A stretch of 63,723 nt of DNA, filler included, from Chrysochromulina tobinii (lineage: Eukaryota), in assembly GCA_001275005.1 (NCBI GenBank). It is 8 parts of 8 records of this genome, joined end to end, with 100 filler letters (N's around TTAATTAATTAA, not from the genome) between each part and the next. Parts side by side here need not be neighbours in the genome. Positions count along the whole stretch, not along the records: positions 1 to 14,141 come from JWZX01000175.1; 7 more parts are not named here. One strand, 5' to 3'. Below the pieces are notes generated by a model. That model had not been told where the DNA came from. It did not search any database and saw only the letters and a program-made list of their open reading frames with translations. The position numbers and the translations under genes were made by a program. Positions 1-10,912 of this stretch are shown in pieces; within the stretch, counting starts at the first letter, position 1; each line of letters begins with the position of its first letter.

Positions 1-373
1 CCGCCTACTCCCGTCCTCCCCTGCTGGCTACCGGAGCACATTCGATAGGCTTCCGTATGGTTGTCTGTTGTTTATGTATAGACTTGACATGACGCCCACA
101 CAAATGGGGCGTGAATGTGAGTCGTGATTTATCTTGTGAACGATTTCTCGCTCTTCCTGTGAATGCACCCATTTGGGGGTTCACCGCCCACGTCGGCGGG
201 CGCACTCCCTCCCGAGTTCGTATTTGGGTCTCGCCGCACTTTCTTTTTATGGCTGTCTCTCAGCTCTCCATCTGCATGTGTCTCATGTGTGGCCTGCCCT
301 CTTTGTCTTTGTATTGTTTTCACGGTTGTGCTGCTTACGTGTTGTGTGTAGGATTCCTATTCATAATGAATGC

Positions 374-1734
374 ATGGCTGATTCGAAGCCCATGGCTGAT
401 TCGAAGCCTGCCCTGCCCCGCGTCTTCGCTTACCCCGTGCGGTACACGCCACGTTCGACGGACGCAGCGCTTGCCGCGACCACACTGCTGTTACCTCATG
501 GCTTTCTTATCGATGGATCGCCCAGCGGCTTGCAGACCACGATCGCCGAGCGGCTCGCAATGCTGCAGAGGCCGCCAGCCGACACGGCAGATCTCTTCTT
601 CGGTTTCCTGCCGCTGTACGGTCCGCCGATGAGCACTTGGACGGAGGATGACCATCGGCTGATGCACTCCATGGGGCCCGAGCGCGAGGACTACATTCCC
701 ATCTCGCTGCGCGTGCGCGTGCACCGCATGTGCGAGCAGCTGGGCAACTCTACTCTCATGCGCACGCAGCTGCCGCACCTGACGCGACGTACGCTGAAGC
801 GGCACGTGCTGGTGACTCCGTTCGTGCCACATGCGTGCGATCACGAGGCACGGCTCACGGGCCGGCCTTTCCCTCCTCGGCGAGAGTGGCTCAGCCACAT
901 CATCCTCGAGCTCAATGTGGATAATCTCGTGAGCAGGGACGATATCCGCCATCGCAGGATCAGCATGCCGTATCTGTCGAGCGTGCGATGGTCGCGCGCG
1001 TGGCAGGGCGTGCCGCCGTGGCAACGGGCGCCTCCCACTGAGCGCAACGCCGCGCAGAGTCGTTCACACCTCGTGAGCTTCACAGGGTCCCTCCGAGGTC
1101 AACCGATCTCCATGCAGCTCCGTACCAGGCTAGTGGCCTCGTGCCGAGCCCGAGCGGCGCACGTGTGTGCGGCGCACGTATCGGATAACTTTCCGATCCT
1201 CGCGCCTGAGGAGTCGAGTGATGCCGAGCGCATGAGCATGCGGCGTGCGCTGCGGCTCAAGCTGCATTCGACATTTTGCCTCGAACCTCCAGGTGAGATC
1301 GCCACTGTTGGCATGCTGATGGCCCTCCCTCATTGCATGCTGACCTCGAGCATGCATCCTGCCTCGATCCTCCAGGCTTCTCACCCCCACGCAAGTCTTC
1401 ACTCGACTCGATGCTCAGCGGATGCATCCCCGTCTTCTTTTACTCGGACGAGGAGTTTGCGAGCCTCTGGCCCTTCCACATGGGCGGGCTGCACGGCTGG
1501 GGAGCGAATGCGAGCGTGCGAGTGCCTCTGGAGGCCGCGCTGGACGGCAGCGTGGACGTGATCGAATACCTGCAGGCCGTGCCTGAGGCACGCATACGGG
1601 CCATGCAGTCGATGCTCGCCGCGCACGCGCACACCCTTTTGTACGGCATCGGGCCCTACTCTGGCGACGCAATCGAGACGATGCTAGCCGCCTTGCATGC
1701 CGGGCTCTCGCGGCCGGCCCGGGCTCGTCATTGA
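374..1734 (+). CDS. Exostosin-family (GT47) glycosyltransferase; exons 374-1292, 1376-1734
   Basis: Splicing the GT-AG intron 1293-1375 gives STFCLEPPG/FSPPRKSSLDSMLSGCIPVFF, the exostosin C-terminal motif. LVSFTGS precedes it. Start ATG is uncertain and sits in an 18-bp tandem duplication. Confidence 0.8.
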
Positions 1735-1910
1735 CGTATCCGGTTTGCCCAGCGCGGGCGGCGGGCGGGGCGCGCCCCTGCGTTTGGTGGTGATACAGAG
1801 AGGAGACTCGTCCGAGTCTGAGACAGTGATTTTGTAATGCGACTTGCGGGGTTTTGTGCACCCGACGGGTCAATAGGTTCACATGAACGCTCCGGCGACG
1901 AGGCCCGCGC

Positions 1911-2960
1911 ATGAAGATGCCACGATTTCTCTCTTCGATTGCGCTGCGCGGCCCTCTGGCGCGGCTAGCTCGGCCGCTGTGCGTGCGATCGCATCCGTCT
2001 CCCGCTGCGCTCATCCCGGCCGAGCAGATGCCGCACGCCTTGCGGAGGCGCATCGCAGGGATCGAGGCACTGCACGCGGAGTTCGAAGAGCTCGAGGAGG
2101 CGCATCACGAGCAGCTCCGGCTCATCGAGCAGTCGTTCACTGAGAAAAGCAATGCACTCTTTACGCGACGGCAGCGGATCGTCGCGGGCGTCGAGGAGCC
2201 TACCGATGAGGAAGTCGCACGTTCTGCGTATTTTGCCGAGTTCGAGGAGGTGCTCGGGAAAGCGCCGGTGCCGCGGCCTGGGGATGCGCCCGTTGTGGGT
2301 ATCCCTGCCTTCTGGCCCACGGTGCTGCGCCGCTGCACGTCGCTGCAGCCAGATGCCATCGAGGGCTTTGCCATCTCAGAGGCGGACTGGGCCGTGCTCG
2401 AGCACCTGGTCGAGGTGCGCATGGAGCCGTGGCAACCCCAGGAGCAGATGCCGGACGACTTCGACGCCGACGTGGTGCATGACGAGCCCGGCTTCTCATT
2501 CACGTTTGTCTTCGCGCCCAACCCGCTCCTTCGCTCACCCGAGCTCACGATCTTCTGCCTGGGAAGCATGGAGGTTGCCTCGGCGACGACGCCCGAGTGG
2601 ACGGACCCAAAGCACGACCCAACGGTGACGTGGCGGACCAAGAAGGTACGCAAGAAGGGCGCGGCGGAGACCATCAAGAAGCTCTCGGCGCGCCCAGTCG
2701 AGTCCTTCTTCCGCATCTTCGCCGTCGAGTCTGTCGCTGGCGACGAGACGCTCGCCGACGAGGAGGACGAGCGGATGTCGCTGCAAGAGCTGCAGCAGGA
2801 CATCGTGTTCCGGCTGCGCGATGACGTGGTGCCACGCGCGTCGATGTACTACATCAGCCAGCTGCACGGCTTCGACGACGAGGACCTCGATGACGAGGGC
2901 GAGGAGCTCGAGCGCGAGGATTGGGAGCGCAGCCGCCGCGAGGGCAAGGGCCAGCGGTGA
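1911..2960 (+). CDS. Nucleosome assembly protein (NAP/SET) family protein with Arg-rich N-terminal extension
   Basis: Dimerisation helix ending in RRQRIVAG.EPTDEE, GIPAFW, GFSFTFVFAPNP, SFFRIF, VVPRASMYY, and an acidic tail. Confidence 0.8.
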   Translation: MKMPRFLSSIALRGPLARLARPLCVRSHPSPAALIPAEQMPHALRRRIAGIEALHAEFEELEEAHHEQLRLIEQSFTEKSNALFTRRQRIVAGVEEPTDEEVARSAYFAEFEEVLGKAPVPRPGDAPVVGIPAFWPTVLRRCTSLQPDAIEGFAISEADWAVLEHLVEVRMEPWQPQEQMPDDFDADVVHDEPGFSFTFVFAPNPLLRSPELTIFCLGSMEVASATTPEWTDPKHDPTVTWRTKKVRKKGAAETIKKLSARPVESFFRIFAVESVAGDETLADEEDERMSLQELQQDIVFRLRDDVVPRASMYYISQLHGFDDEDLDDEGEELEREDWERSRREGKGQR

Positions 2961-3484
2961 GCGCGCGGTCGGTGGAACGCGCGGGGCCGGTTTTCGCAAG
3001 GCGGTTGCGACGACATCGTATTCGTTGAATTCGGCTTTCGGGTAAAACTGGTGCATACTTCATCACATATAAATAACGTTTAAACTCGACACATTAAGTA
3101 AGAGCGTAATAACAGCGTCCGCAGACGCGTCGCGCCAAAAGTGAAGAGTCGCAGTCGGCCGCGGCGCGCGCGGCCGCGGGGACCGGGGCGACGCGCGGGA
3201 CTTCCGACAAGGGCGTTACCGGCTAGCCGCAGTGGACTGGGCGACAGAGTGTTTCATCGCTGGTCCATCGCCCAGCGGTCCGTGTGCACCTGTGGCTGTG
3301 CGGCTGTGGATCATGCGTGGTCGCTGGTATCACACTGTCCCGGTCCATCTGCCGGTCATCGAACTCCCTAGGCATCCCGCGGACTTCCGATCTGCTGCCC
3401 CCGCGTGTCACGCCGCCTGCCTGGCCGAGCCGCTCACCTGCCGGTGGAGCCCCCCCCTCCCCCTCGCGTGTCCTCATTTCGCGC

Positions 3485-4378
3485 TCATTTTTCAAAGACG
3501 CTGATGAGCGGCAGCCGGAGTGGAGCTGAGGAGCCGTCAACCTTGGGGAGTAGCGGCTCGCGCGGCTCGTTGATCTTCCAGATCGTCCACGTGAGGACCG
3601 ACGCAATCGAGATCCACACCGCTGAAGGCGCGAGCAGCTTGCCAGCGAGCGGAGCCACTTGGAAGTAGGTGTACACGGCGTAATAGACACTGGCAAGCAC
3701 CGCGAGCACTCCACACGCACTCGTTCCCAGGCGACGCTCGACGTTGGTGACGCAGTTCCACGTGTCGCCCACGCACAGATGCAGCACGAGCACGAGCAGC
3801 GCCGGCGTGTAGAGCAGCCGGCCGCTAGCACGCCACACGAGCAGCGACGAGGTCGCACGTAGCCCCGAGATGGTGAGCCAAATAATGGGGAAAGCAATGC
3901 CCGGGGGCGTCCAGCTCCTGCGCGCGCGAGTCTCGGTCAGCAGACCCTGAGCTAGAAGACATCAAGCGGGCAGCAGGCGTGGATCACTGAGCGTAGCTTA
4001 CGGACGCTTCACATCCTTCGGAGTTGCGCTGCCCTCAAAACCACCGCGTGGCGGACGTTTGGCCGGGAGGAGCGCGAATACGCGCGAGCGCAGCGAGAGG
4101 AAGAGAAAGATTGGAGGCACAATGAAGGAAGGCAGCACGCCAACCGTAGTGTCGATGGCCTTGAAGAGGCTTGCAATGACGGCAAACTCACCAGCCGTGG
4201 CGAGAGGATAGACAGCCAGCTGCTTGAAGTCGGTCGGAGGGCTGCTTGCAGCCCTGGGTGCCGAATGACGCGCGGCCGTCTGCGTCGTAAAGGTATTATG
4301 GGCGGGCGCGCAACGCAGTGACGTAACCACTGACACTGTGAGGGCGAGCAGTGTTGAACGCAGGGCGAACGCGCCCAT
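3485..4378 (-). CDS. TspO/MBR tryptophan-rich sensory protein, probably plastid-targeted; exons 4378-4002, 3917-3485
   Basis: Spliced KRP/SWTPPGIAFPIIW motif, plus GDTWN and AGKLLAPSAVWISIASVLTWTIWKIN. N-terminus has a signal peptide followed by a Ser/Thr/Ala/Arg transit-like segment. Confidence 0.85.
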
Positions 4379-4571
4379 CCGACACGGCTGGATATGTTCT
4401 GGTTCGCCCGGAAAATAGAGGACGCGGGGCACGGACGGGGAAACCCGCGTGTATAGCGGACAAAAACGCCGTTACATGAACGGACTCTCCGACGCACGCC
4501 TCGATGAGGAACGAGCGGAATCCTGAGTATTTGTTCTAGATCTTCTAGTCAACTCAAGACATGTCTCAAGA

Positions 4572-4620
4572 CTCAAGTCAAGTCAAGTCAAGTCAAGTCA
4601 AGTCAAGCCCTTGAAGTCAA
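4572..4620. repeat. (TCAAG)n pentanucleotide microsatellite
   Basis: About 7 tandem TCAAG copies read directly. Related TCAAG/CTTGA and TAAG runs occur at 4695-4705 and 16940-17100. Confidence 0.9.
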
Positions 4621-4977
4621 GTGAAGCTCCCCTTTCATGGTTACGATGTAAACTATTATGACATCTTCTTTCGACCAGCTACTATGTGCCCATTGACTTG
4701 ACTTGTCTGGACTTGTCTATGCCTCTTTCGTGTTCTGCCCGTCTCGCCTTGAGATTTTTGTCTCAAACTTTTCCAAAAAGATGGCTGCATCTCCCGCGTG
4801 TTTGTCCTCTCCAAAAGTGCACGAAAAGCGTGGAAGACTCGCAGCGCAGCAGGCCAGGACAAATAATCGCCAGAGACCGACGCGTGCGTTGATAGCGCGC
4901 GTCGTCGGTGGAGCGTGGGAGCCACGACGTCAGCCCGGACGGATTCAACGTCCATAACCGCCGGGACCTCTGCAAGA

Positions 4978-7900
4978 ATGTGGGGGGATAGCAGCTGCCG
5001 TGTTAGTACCGCCCCTGCATCGGGCTCAACAGCTTCCGGAGAGATGATAACCCATGCGCACCTCAGTGCTCTGGAGATGCGCACGCAGAAACGCTTGGGA
5101 GAGATGCACGAGACTCTCAACAAAATCCTGCAGCAGATGCCCGAAATGCTCGGGCCCTCGCGCAAGCCGACCCCCACGTCAGCCCACGGTGCCTCTCTGG
5201 ACTCAGTGATCGAGGAGGCGAAGGAGGATGCAGCCGCGCGGATGCGAAAGCACGGCACGCTGACGGTAAACATCATGAAGGCGAATAACCTGATCAAGGC
5301 GGACCTGTTGGGGCTGTCCGATCCGTACGTGCACATTGGGCTGCCTGGGCTACCTGGGCAGCCCACGATGCGCACCCGGACGATCAGGAGTAACCTCAAT
5401 CCAGAGTGGGATGAAAGGATCGAGTTCGAGGGAGTGCTCGAGCAGTTCGTTTCAAGCACTTGCAGGCTCGACTTGTTTGACCAAGACTTCCGAATGTCGG
5501 ATGCGATGAGGCACGGGAGTTCAAAGCAGGACATTCTCTCCGACGACAAGCTGGGTTGGCTCGAGTTCAGCCTGAGCGAGCTGGGGACGAAAGATTCGAT
5601 CCTCAAGAACGACTGCGTGCTTTCCGGCGTCCCACACGGCACCATCACCTTCGAAGTCTCGTGGTCGCCAGATTCGAACGCCGGCGTCAACACGGTAAGA
5701 GGACCCCCCTGTCGCCCGCGGAGCCGCGTCACGCAGTCACCTGGTCCCTCCCAGCACGCTCCCCTTTCGACCCCTTCGCCCTTGCCCCGTCGACGCAACT
5801 CCTCGGCACCCCCCGCAGATTCGCTCGCTGGTCGAAAAGGACAGAGATGTGAAATTCCAATTGCGCAACTTGCGCCGTGCCATGAACGCCCAAGCCGAGA
5901 AAGATCGCCGAAAGGCTGCGCGTGGGATGCGCCGACAGATGACTCTGAATCGGTCACCTACGCAGTCTATACACGGCTCACCTCCCGGAGGCGGGCTGCA
6001 AAAGCAGTCCACCAAAATGTGCGCTTCGCCCCGGCCGGCGTCGTCGCCCCTTCCCCCCCCCTCTACAGTCCGCGCTCCGTGTGCGTTCACTCCTTGGCTC
6101 ACGTTTTGTTCCACGCGCCTTGGCCCGCGCTGCCAGTTCGATCAGTACGTCCATCTCGGACGAATCCGACATGCGCTGGTCCAACAAGGTGTGCAGGTCC
6201 CTCTGTGGACCCATGATCGACCCGAACTCCCGCTTCCGCACCTCGTGGAACATATGTCTCGCATTCTTCATCATCTACTGCGGCATCGCCGTTCCGTTTG
6301 AGATCGCCTTCGAGGTGGACATGGTCAACGCCATGTGCGGCGTCGGCGAGGAGCGTTTGCTGCGTGAGGACTGCCCCTCGTACCTCCAGTGGTTCTGGCT
6401 CAACTTTCTGGTGGACTTATGGTTCATCTCGGACATCGTCATAAACTTCCGCACTGGCTGTGCGCGTGCACCCCAGAGCCACCCGCTCCCCACCCGCTCG
6501 CCACCTGCTCGCCACCCGCCGCCACCCGCCGCTGCCGCTGCATCGATGCCTCGCCCACTCTTCCTTCCCCTCGCATACAAGCGCTCACTACGGCGCCCCC
6601 CCGCCTCGCCCACTCCTCGCTTACGCCCCACTCTCACGCTTCGATGTGCTCCGCACACCCCACCCTCAGATATGCAAGAAGGGCGCCTGGTGAAGGACGA
6701 TTGGTTGGTCGCGAAGGCGTACTTGCGAAGCAGCAGCTTTTTCATGGATGTCCTTGGCTCGTTCCCGCTCAACATTGTGCTGATGATCGTCACGCCCGAC
6801 AACCCTTACGGCAACGTCGACGTAGCAGCCACAGATGACGCCGCGGGGAGCGCGGCGCGCGCCAATCGATTGCTGCGGCTGTTGCGGCTCACAAAGCTGG
6901 CCAAGCTCGCGCGCATGGCCAAGCTCAGAAAGTACTTGGCAAGCTTTGAGGAGTTCATCAATCCAGGCGTGCTCGCGGTCACGAGCTTGTCTGCAGCGGC
7001 CCTCCTGTGCTGTCACTGGTTCGGATGCCTCTGGTGGCTCGTCTCGGACCTCGAAATCTCTGAACCCGACCTCATGCACCAATGGTACGCTGGCGTGGAA
7101 AATACGTGGCACCCGCCCGTCTGGCTGAAGAACGAGGAGAATCTCGGGGCCAAGTATGCCTTCTCATTCTTTTGGGGCGCCGGGATGGTCACCTCGACGA
7201 TCCCCTTCGACATCTTGCCATTGACTCCCTTCGAGTCGATCGCAACGACCTTCATGATGTTCGTGGGCCTGCTGCTGAACGCGTACGTGATCTCATCGCT
7301 TACATCAGCTCTCGCCTCGATGAACTCGCAGAAGGAGCTCGCGCGCAAGGAATTAGGCACCGTGAAAACCTTTCTCGTCATGAAGGGTGTGCCGACGGAC
7401 CTGCGCTCACGCATCCTCGAGTACTTCGAGTACCGGCTGACCTCGTCTCAGGGCCTCGCCAAATCCATCAACATGGAAGAGATGCCAGCGAACTTGCATT
7501 TGCAGCTCTTGATCGCCATGTGCAAGACGCTCGCTGCCAAGTGCCCGCTCTTCCGAGATCTGTCCGAGCCTTGCGTGGTGACGCTCATGTCGCGCCTGAA
7601 ACCGTGCGTCTTCGTGCCGGGCCAGGTCATCGTCTTCGAGGGCCACGCACTCGAGAATGTGTACTTCATCAACAGGGGACTCGTCGAGCTCCGCGTGAAC
7701 ACTCTGATCGTAGGGACGCGGCGCGACAGCGATAACTTTGGCGTGGATGACTTCCTGACTGCGTACCTATCCAAGGAGGTGCCTCTCGTCATGGCCACGG
7801 CCCGAGGGATGAGTTACTGTGACGTGTACTCCCTTTCGCACGAGGTGCTTCTCGATGCCGTCGAGAACGACAAGCACTACCAAGTGAAGTCCGCCGCCCG

Positions 7901-8096
7901 CGCCAACGGTCTGCCAGGCATGGAAGCCAGAGACTTGCGTGCCGCGACGCGCCGCGGGATCGACACCCTTCGCTCCAAGACGGCGACCTTGTACAGCAAG
8001 GGCTTTGGTGGGCCATCGAGAGGGAGCACCAAAGGAAGTCTTGCGACCGGTAGGTCGTCAGAGGGTGTATCGAGCGATCGGGAGTTGATGGCGTGA
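4978..8096 (+). CDS. C2-domain-fused voltage-gated cation channel with cyclic-nucleotide-binding(-homology) domain; exons ~4978-5694, 5819-6018, 6137-6459, 6670-8096
   Basis: C2 motifs (TLTVNIMKANNL..DLLGLSDPYV..NLNPEWDE..LDLFDQD); S1 start MIDPNSRFRTSWN; NFRTG/Y; S4 RLLRLLRLTKLAKLARMAK; C-linker; CNBD-like PGQVIVFEG..VYFINRG. All three introns are GT-AG and keep frame. Confidence 0.8.
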
Positions 8097-8431
8097 GAGC
8101 ACATTCGCCAGCAGGTACCAGGTTGTTTGAAAGCAATGCCACATATGTCATATATGTGGACGTAAAGCATACAGATACACGACGCGACGTGTGTGTACAC
8201 ATGTATCAGGTAGGTTAGGCTCAGGGCGTAGGCTCTCGGCGCGACGCTCCATAGAAAAGTTTTCTTTTGTCTCACCGGACCGTACCTAACGAGGCGGGCG
8301 ACCATCGGGCGGCTATATAACTCGGCCTTGGCACGGCGGGAGCGGGGCGGGGTGCTTATCGTTCCGCCCGACACAGCGCTTCTTCGACTTTTTTGGTCAT
8401 TCAACGCGGTCCGCGTTCTTGGACGGTGCAT

Positions 8432-10171
8432 ATGTCCGCCGCGGAGCTCGCGAGCGCGCTGCACGCGATGGAGTACAGGTTATCGAAGCAGCTCCTGGAG
8501 ACCAAGCACGGCCTTCATGAAGTCATCGTAGGCGGTTCGGAAAAGAGCTCGCGCGACGGCTCTGGCGGGCCGTCCATCGTCCTGCTCCCCGACGACAGCG
8601 ACGCAGCCTGCGAATCGTGTGGGCGCGAATTCGAAGCGTTCCGTCTCGCCGTTCACGCGCGCGCATGCCAAAGGCTCAGCGCGCGCACACCGCCCGCGGT
8701 AGTCGCTGCGGCGCAGCGTGCCAACAGCATGCGACAGCATGCAATGGCGCTGCTCAAGCAATTGACGAGCCAGCCTGCCCGTCAGCCGCAACAGCAGCTA
8801 TTCTCGCGCTCGGCGACGCCACTCGCACCCGCGGCTGCGGACCGCGACAACCGCACGCAATCGTCGGCGCCATCGAAGCGGCCTCCCGTCGGCGGCGCGC
8901 CCGCTCCCCCAGTCGCTGTGCCGCCAGCTGCGATGCGCTCAGCTCACCCAGAGAGTCGTGGCGCATCGTACCGCCACGACGAGTACGCGTACGCTCAGGA
9001 GTGCGATGACGAAGCGTACGATTGCGACGAGGCGTATGGCGATGAGCACGAGGCTCCCTACGAGGAGGAAGAGCCGCCGCCGCCGCCGAAGCAGCAGGCG
9101 AAGGCACCGCAGCGGCCTCCGCAGCAGCCTAAGAAGCCGCCACCGATGGAGTATGAGGAAGAGGAGCCACCGCCACCGCCGCAGGCGAAGGCACCGCAGC
9201 GGCCTCCGCAGCAGCCTAAGAAGCCGCCACCGATGGAGTATGAGGAAGAGGAGCCACCGCCGCAGGCGAAGGCACCGCAGCGGCCTCCGCAGAAGCAGCC
9301 TAAGAAGCCGCCACCGATGGAGTATGAGGAAGAGGAGCCACCGCCACCGCCGCAGGCGAAGGCGCCGCAGCGGCCGCCTCAGCAGCCTCGCAAGCCGTCG
9401 CCGCCGCCCAAGCAGCCTAGCCCGAGGGCAGATGAGGATGAGTTCCCTCCGCCGCCAGCTCAATACCCGACAGGCGACCTCGGAGAGGATGCCTTCGTGG
9501 ACGAGGAAGAGATGCGACAGCAGCAGGCGCAGTGCGACATCTGCGGGCGCAACTTCAACGCCGACCGGCTCGAGCGCCACCGAGCCATCTGCATCAAGCA
9601 GAGCACGAAGAAGCGAAAGGTCTTCGGAGAGTCAGCCGAGCGCATGAAGCTCCAGGAGAAGCTTGCCGAGGAGCATGCCAAGGAGCTCGAGGCCAAAGCG
9701 GCCAAAAAGGCGCTCTGGAAGCAGCAGTCGGAAAAGTTCCAGAACGCGATGAAGGCCGCGCGTGCCGTCCAGAATGGCGAAGCGCCGCCTGTGCTTGAAC
9801 CCGAGGAAGATTCTCGCGTCCAGTGCCCCCACTGCGGGCGCAAGTTCGAGGCCTTAGTGGCCGAGCGCCACATCCCCAAGTGCGCGCAGACCAAGGCAAA
9901 GCCGAATGCCGTGGGCACGCCGATGAAACGTCAGAGTACGAGCAAGAACCTGCCGGGCATCGGCGGTCCCGCGCCTCCGCCTCCGCCCCCGAAGAAAGAG
10001 AAGGCCGCAGAGGCGACGCCGGAGAAGGTGAAGGAGAAGGAGCCGCAGCTCAACCCTCGCCAGATCCTCGAGGCGAAAAAGGCGGCGGAGAAGGCGGCGG
10101 AGATGGCGTCACCTGCAAAGAAGACGGCCAAGAAGGCGCCGCCGCGTAAAGCCTCGCCGCTCGGCCGCTGA
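8432..10171 (+). CDS. C2HC zinc-finger protein (ZC2HC1/FAM164-like)
   Basis: Three CxxCGRxF..H..C fingers (CESCGREF, CDICGRNFNADRLERHRAIC, CPHCGRKF..AERHIPKC) and WKQQSEKFQNAMKAAR. Confidence 0.8.
   Translation: MSAAELASALHAMEYRLSKQLLETKHGLHEVIVGGSEKSSRDGSGGPSIVLLPDDSDAACESCGREFEAFRLAVHARACQRLSARTPPAVVAAAQRANSMRQHAMALLKQLTSQPARQPQQQLFSRSATPLAPAAADRDNRTQSSAPSKRPPVGGAPAPPVAVPPAAMRSAHPESRGASYRHDEYAYAQECDDEAYDCDEAYGDEHEAPYEEEEPPPPPKQQAKAPQRPPQQPKKPPPMEYEEEEPPPPPQAKAPQRPPQQPKKPPPMEYEEEEPPPQAKAPQRPPQKQPKKPPPMEYEEEEPPPPPQAKAPQRPPQQPRKPSPPPKQPSPRADEDEFPPPPAQYPTGDLGEDAFVDEEEMRQQQAQCDICGRNFNADRLERHRAICIKQSTKKRKVFGESAERMKLQEKLAEEHAKELEAKAAKKALWKQQSEKFQNAMKAARAVQNGEAPPVLEPEEDSRVQCPHCGRKFEALVAERHIPKCAQTKAKPNAVGTPMKRQSTSKNLPGIGGPAPPPPPPKKEKAAEATPEKVKEKEPQLNPRQILEAKKAAEKAAEMASPAKKTAKKAPPRKASPLGR
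9060..9400 (+). repeat. Coding tandem repeat (~78-84 bp unit, ~4 copies) encoding YEEEEPPPPQAKAPQRPPQQPKKPPPM
   Basis: Near-identical units visible in both DNA and protein. Confidence 0.9.
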
Positions 10172-10912
10172 GGCTTTGAGCGCGATGCGATGCTGAGCCG
10201 TGAGCTCCTCGGATGTCAAATGAGCTCGAGATGTGCATGTCTTCATCATTGGAGTAGTTTTTGTGGCGGCGGCGCGCGGGTCGGCGTCGGGTTGCGCCTT
10301 CGTGCCTATGCATGCGTCCTGAAGAGGTCGGCAGTCGCCAGCTGGTCGCATGTATAGCCCTGTGTCGCGCGTGCGTGTGTTTTTTCCGCACGGCGCCCCC
10401 CGCCGGCCCCCGGCCGGCCGCGAGCGTATAGGCGCCGTAAAAGGCGTACGACGGTCCGGGGGCCCGGATTTTTTAATACGTTCAACGTTGACCGGCCCGT
10501 GTGCGCGCGCGGCGGCGACCGGCGTGGGCGCGGTGCAGCGGGGCTTGACGCGGGCGGAGGTGACAGGACACAGGTGTGCGGCCCCGGCCGGTGCGACGTG
10601 CGTGTCCAATAGGCAACGCTCACGATTCGGTAGGATGCGTCGATTGGATGCGGGGGCCGGGGGCGCCCCGCCTGACCTGTCGAGAACGTCACGCGACGTC
10701 GGACGACCAGACCGTTCATCACACACCCTCCGTTTGCCGTTGATGGCCCCGCGGGCAGTCGGCAGTGGTACACCATTGCTTCCCCCACTCTCCTATACAC
10801 GACCCACGTCCGGCCAGCGCCACAAGTCCAGGTGTGTCCGCGCGTCGCGTCGGTCCCATTCCTTTCAGCGCCCATCTGGCAGTGGCAGTGCACACACACT
10901 GCTGGCCCTCAC

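Noticed and set aside
1..370. T-rich upstream region with ORF starts at 111 and 173
   Set aside because: No coding signature or recognisable RNA/TE structure that I can support; probably intergenic or a repeat remnant.
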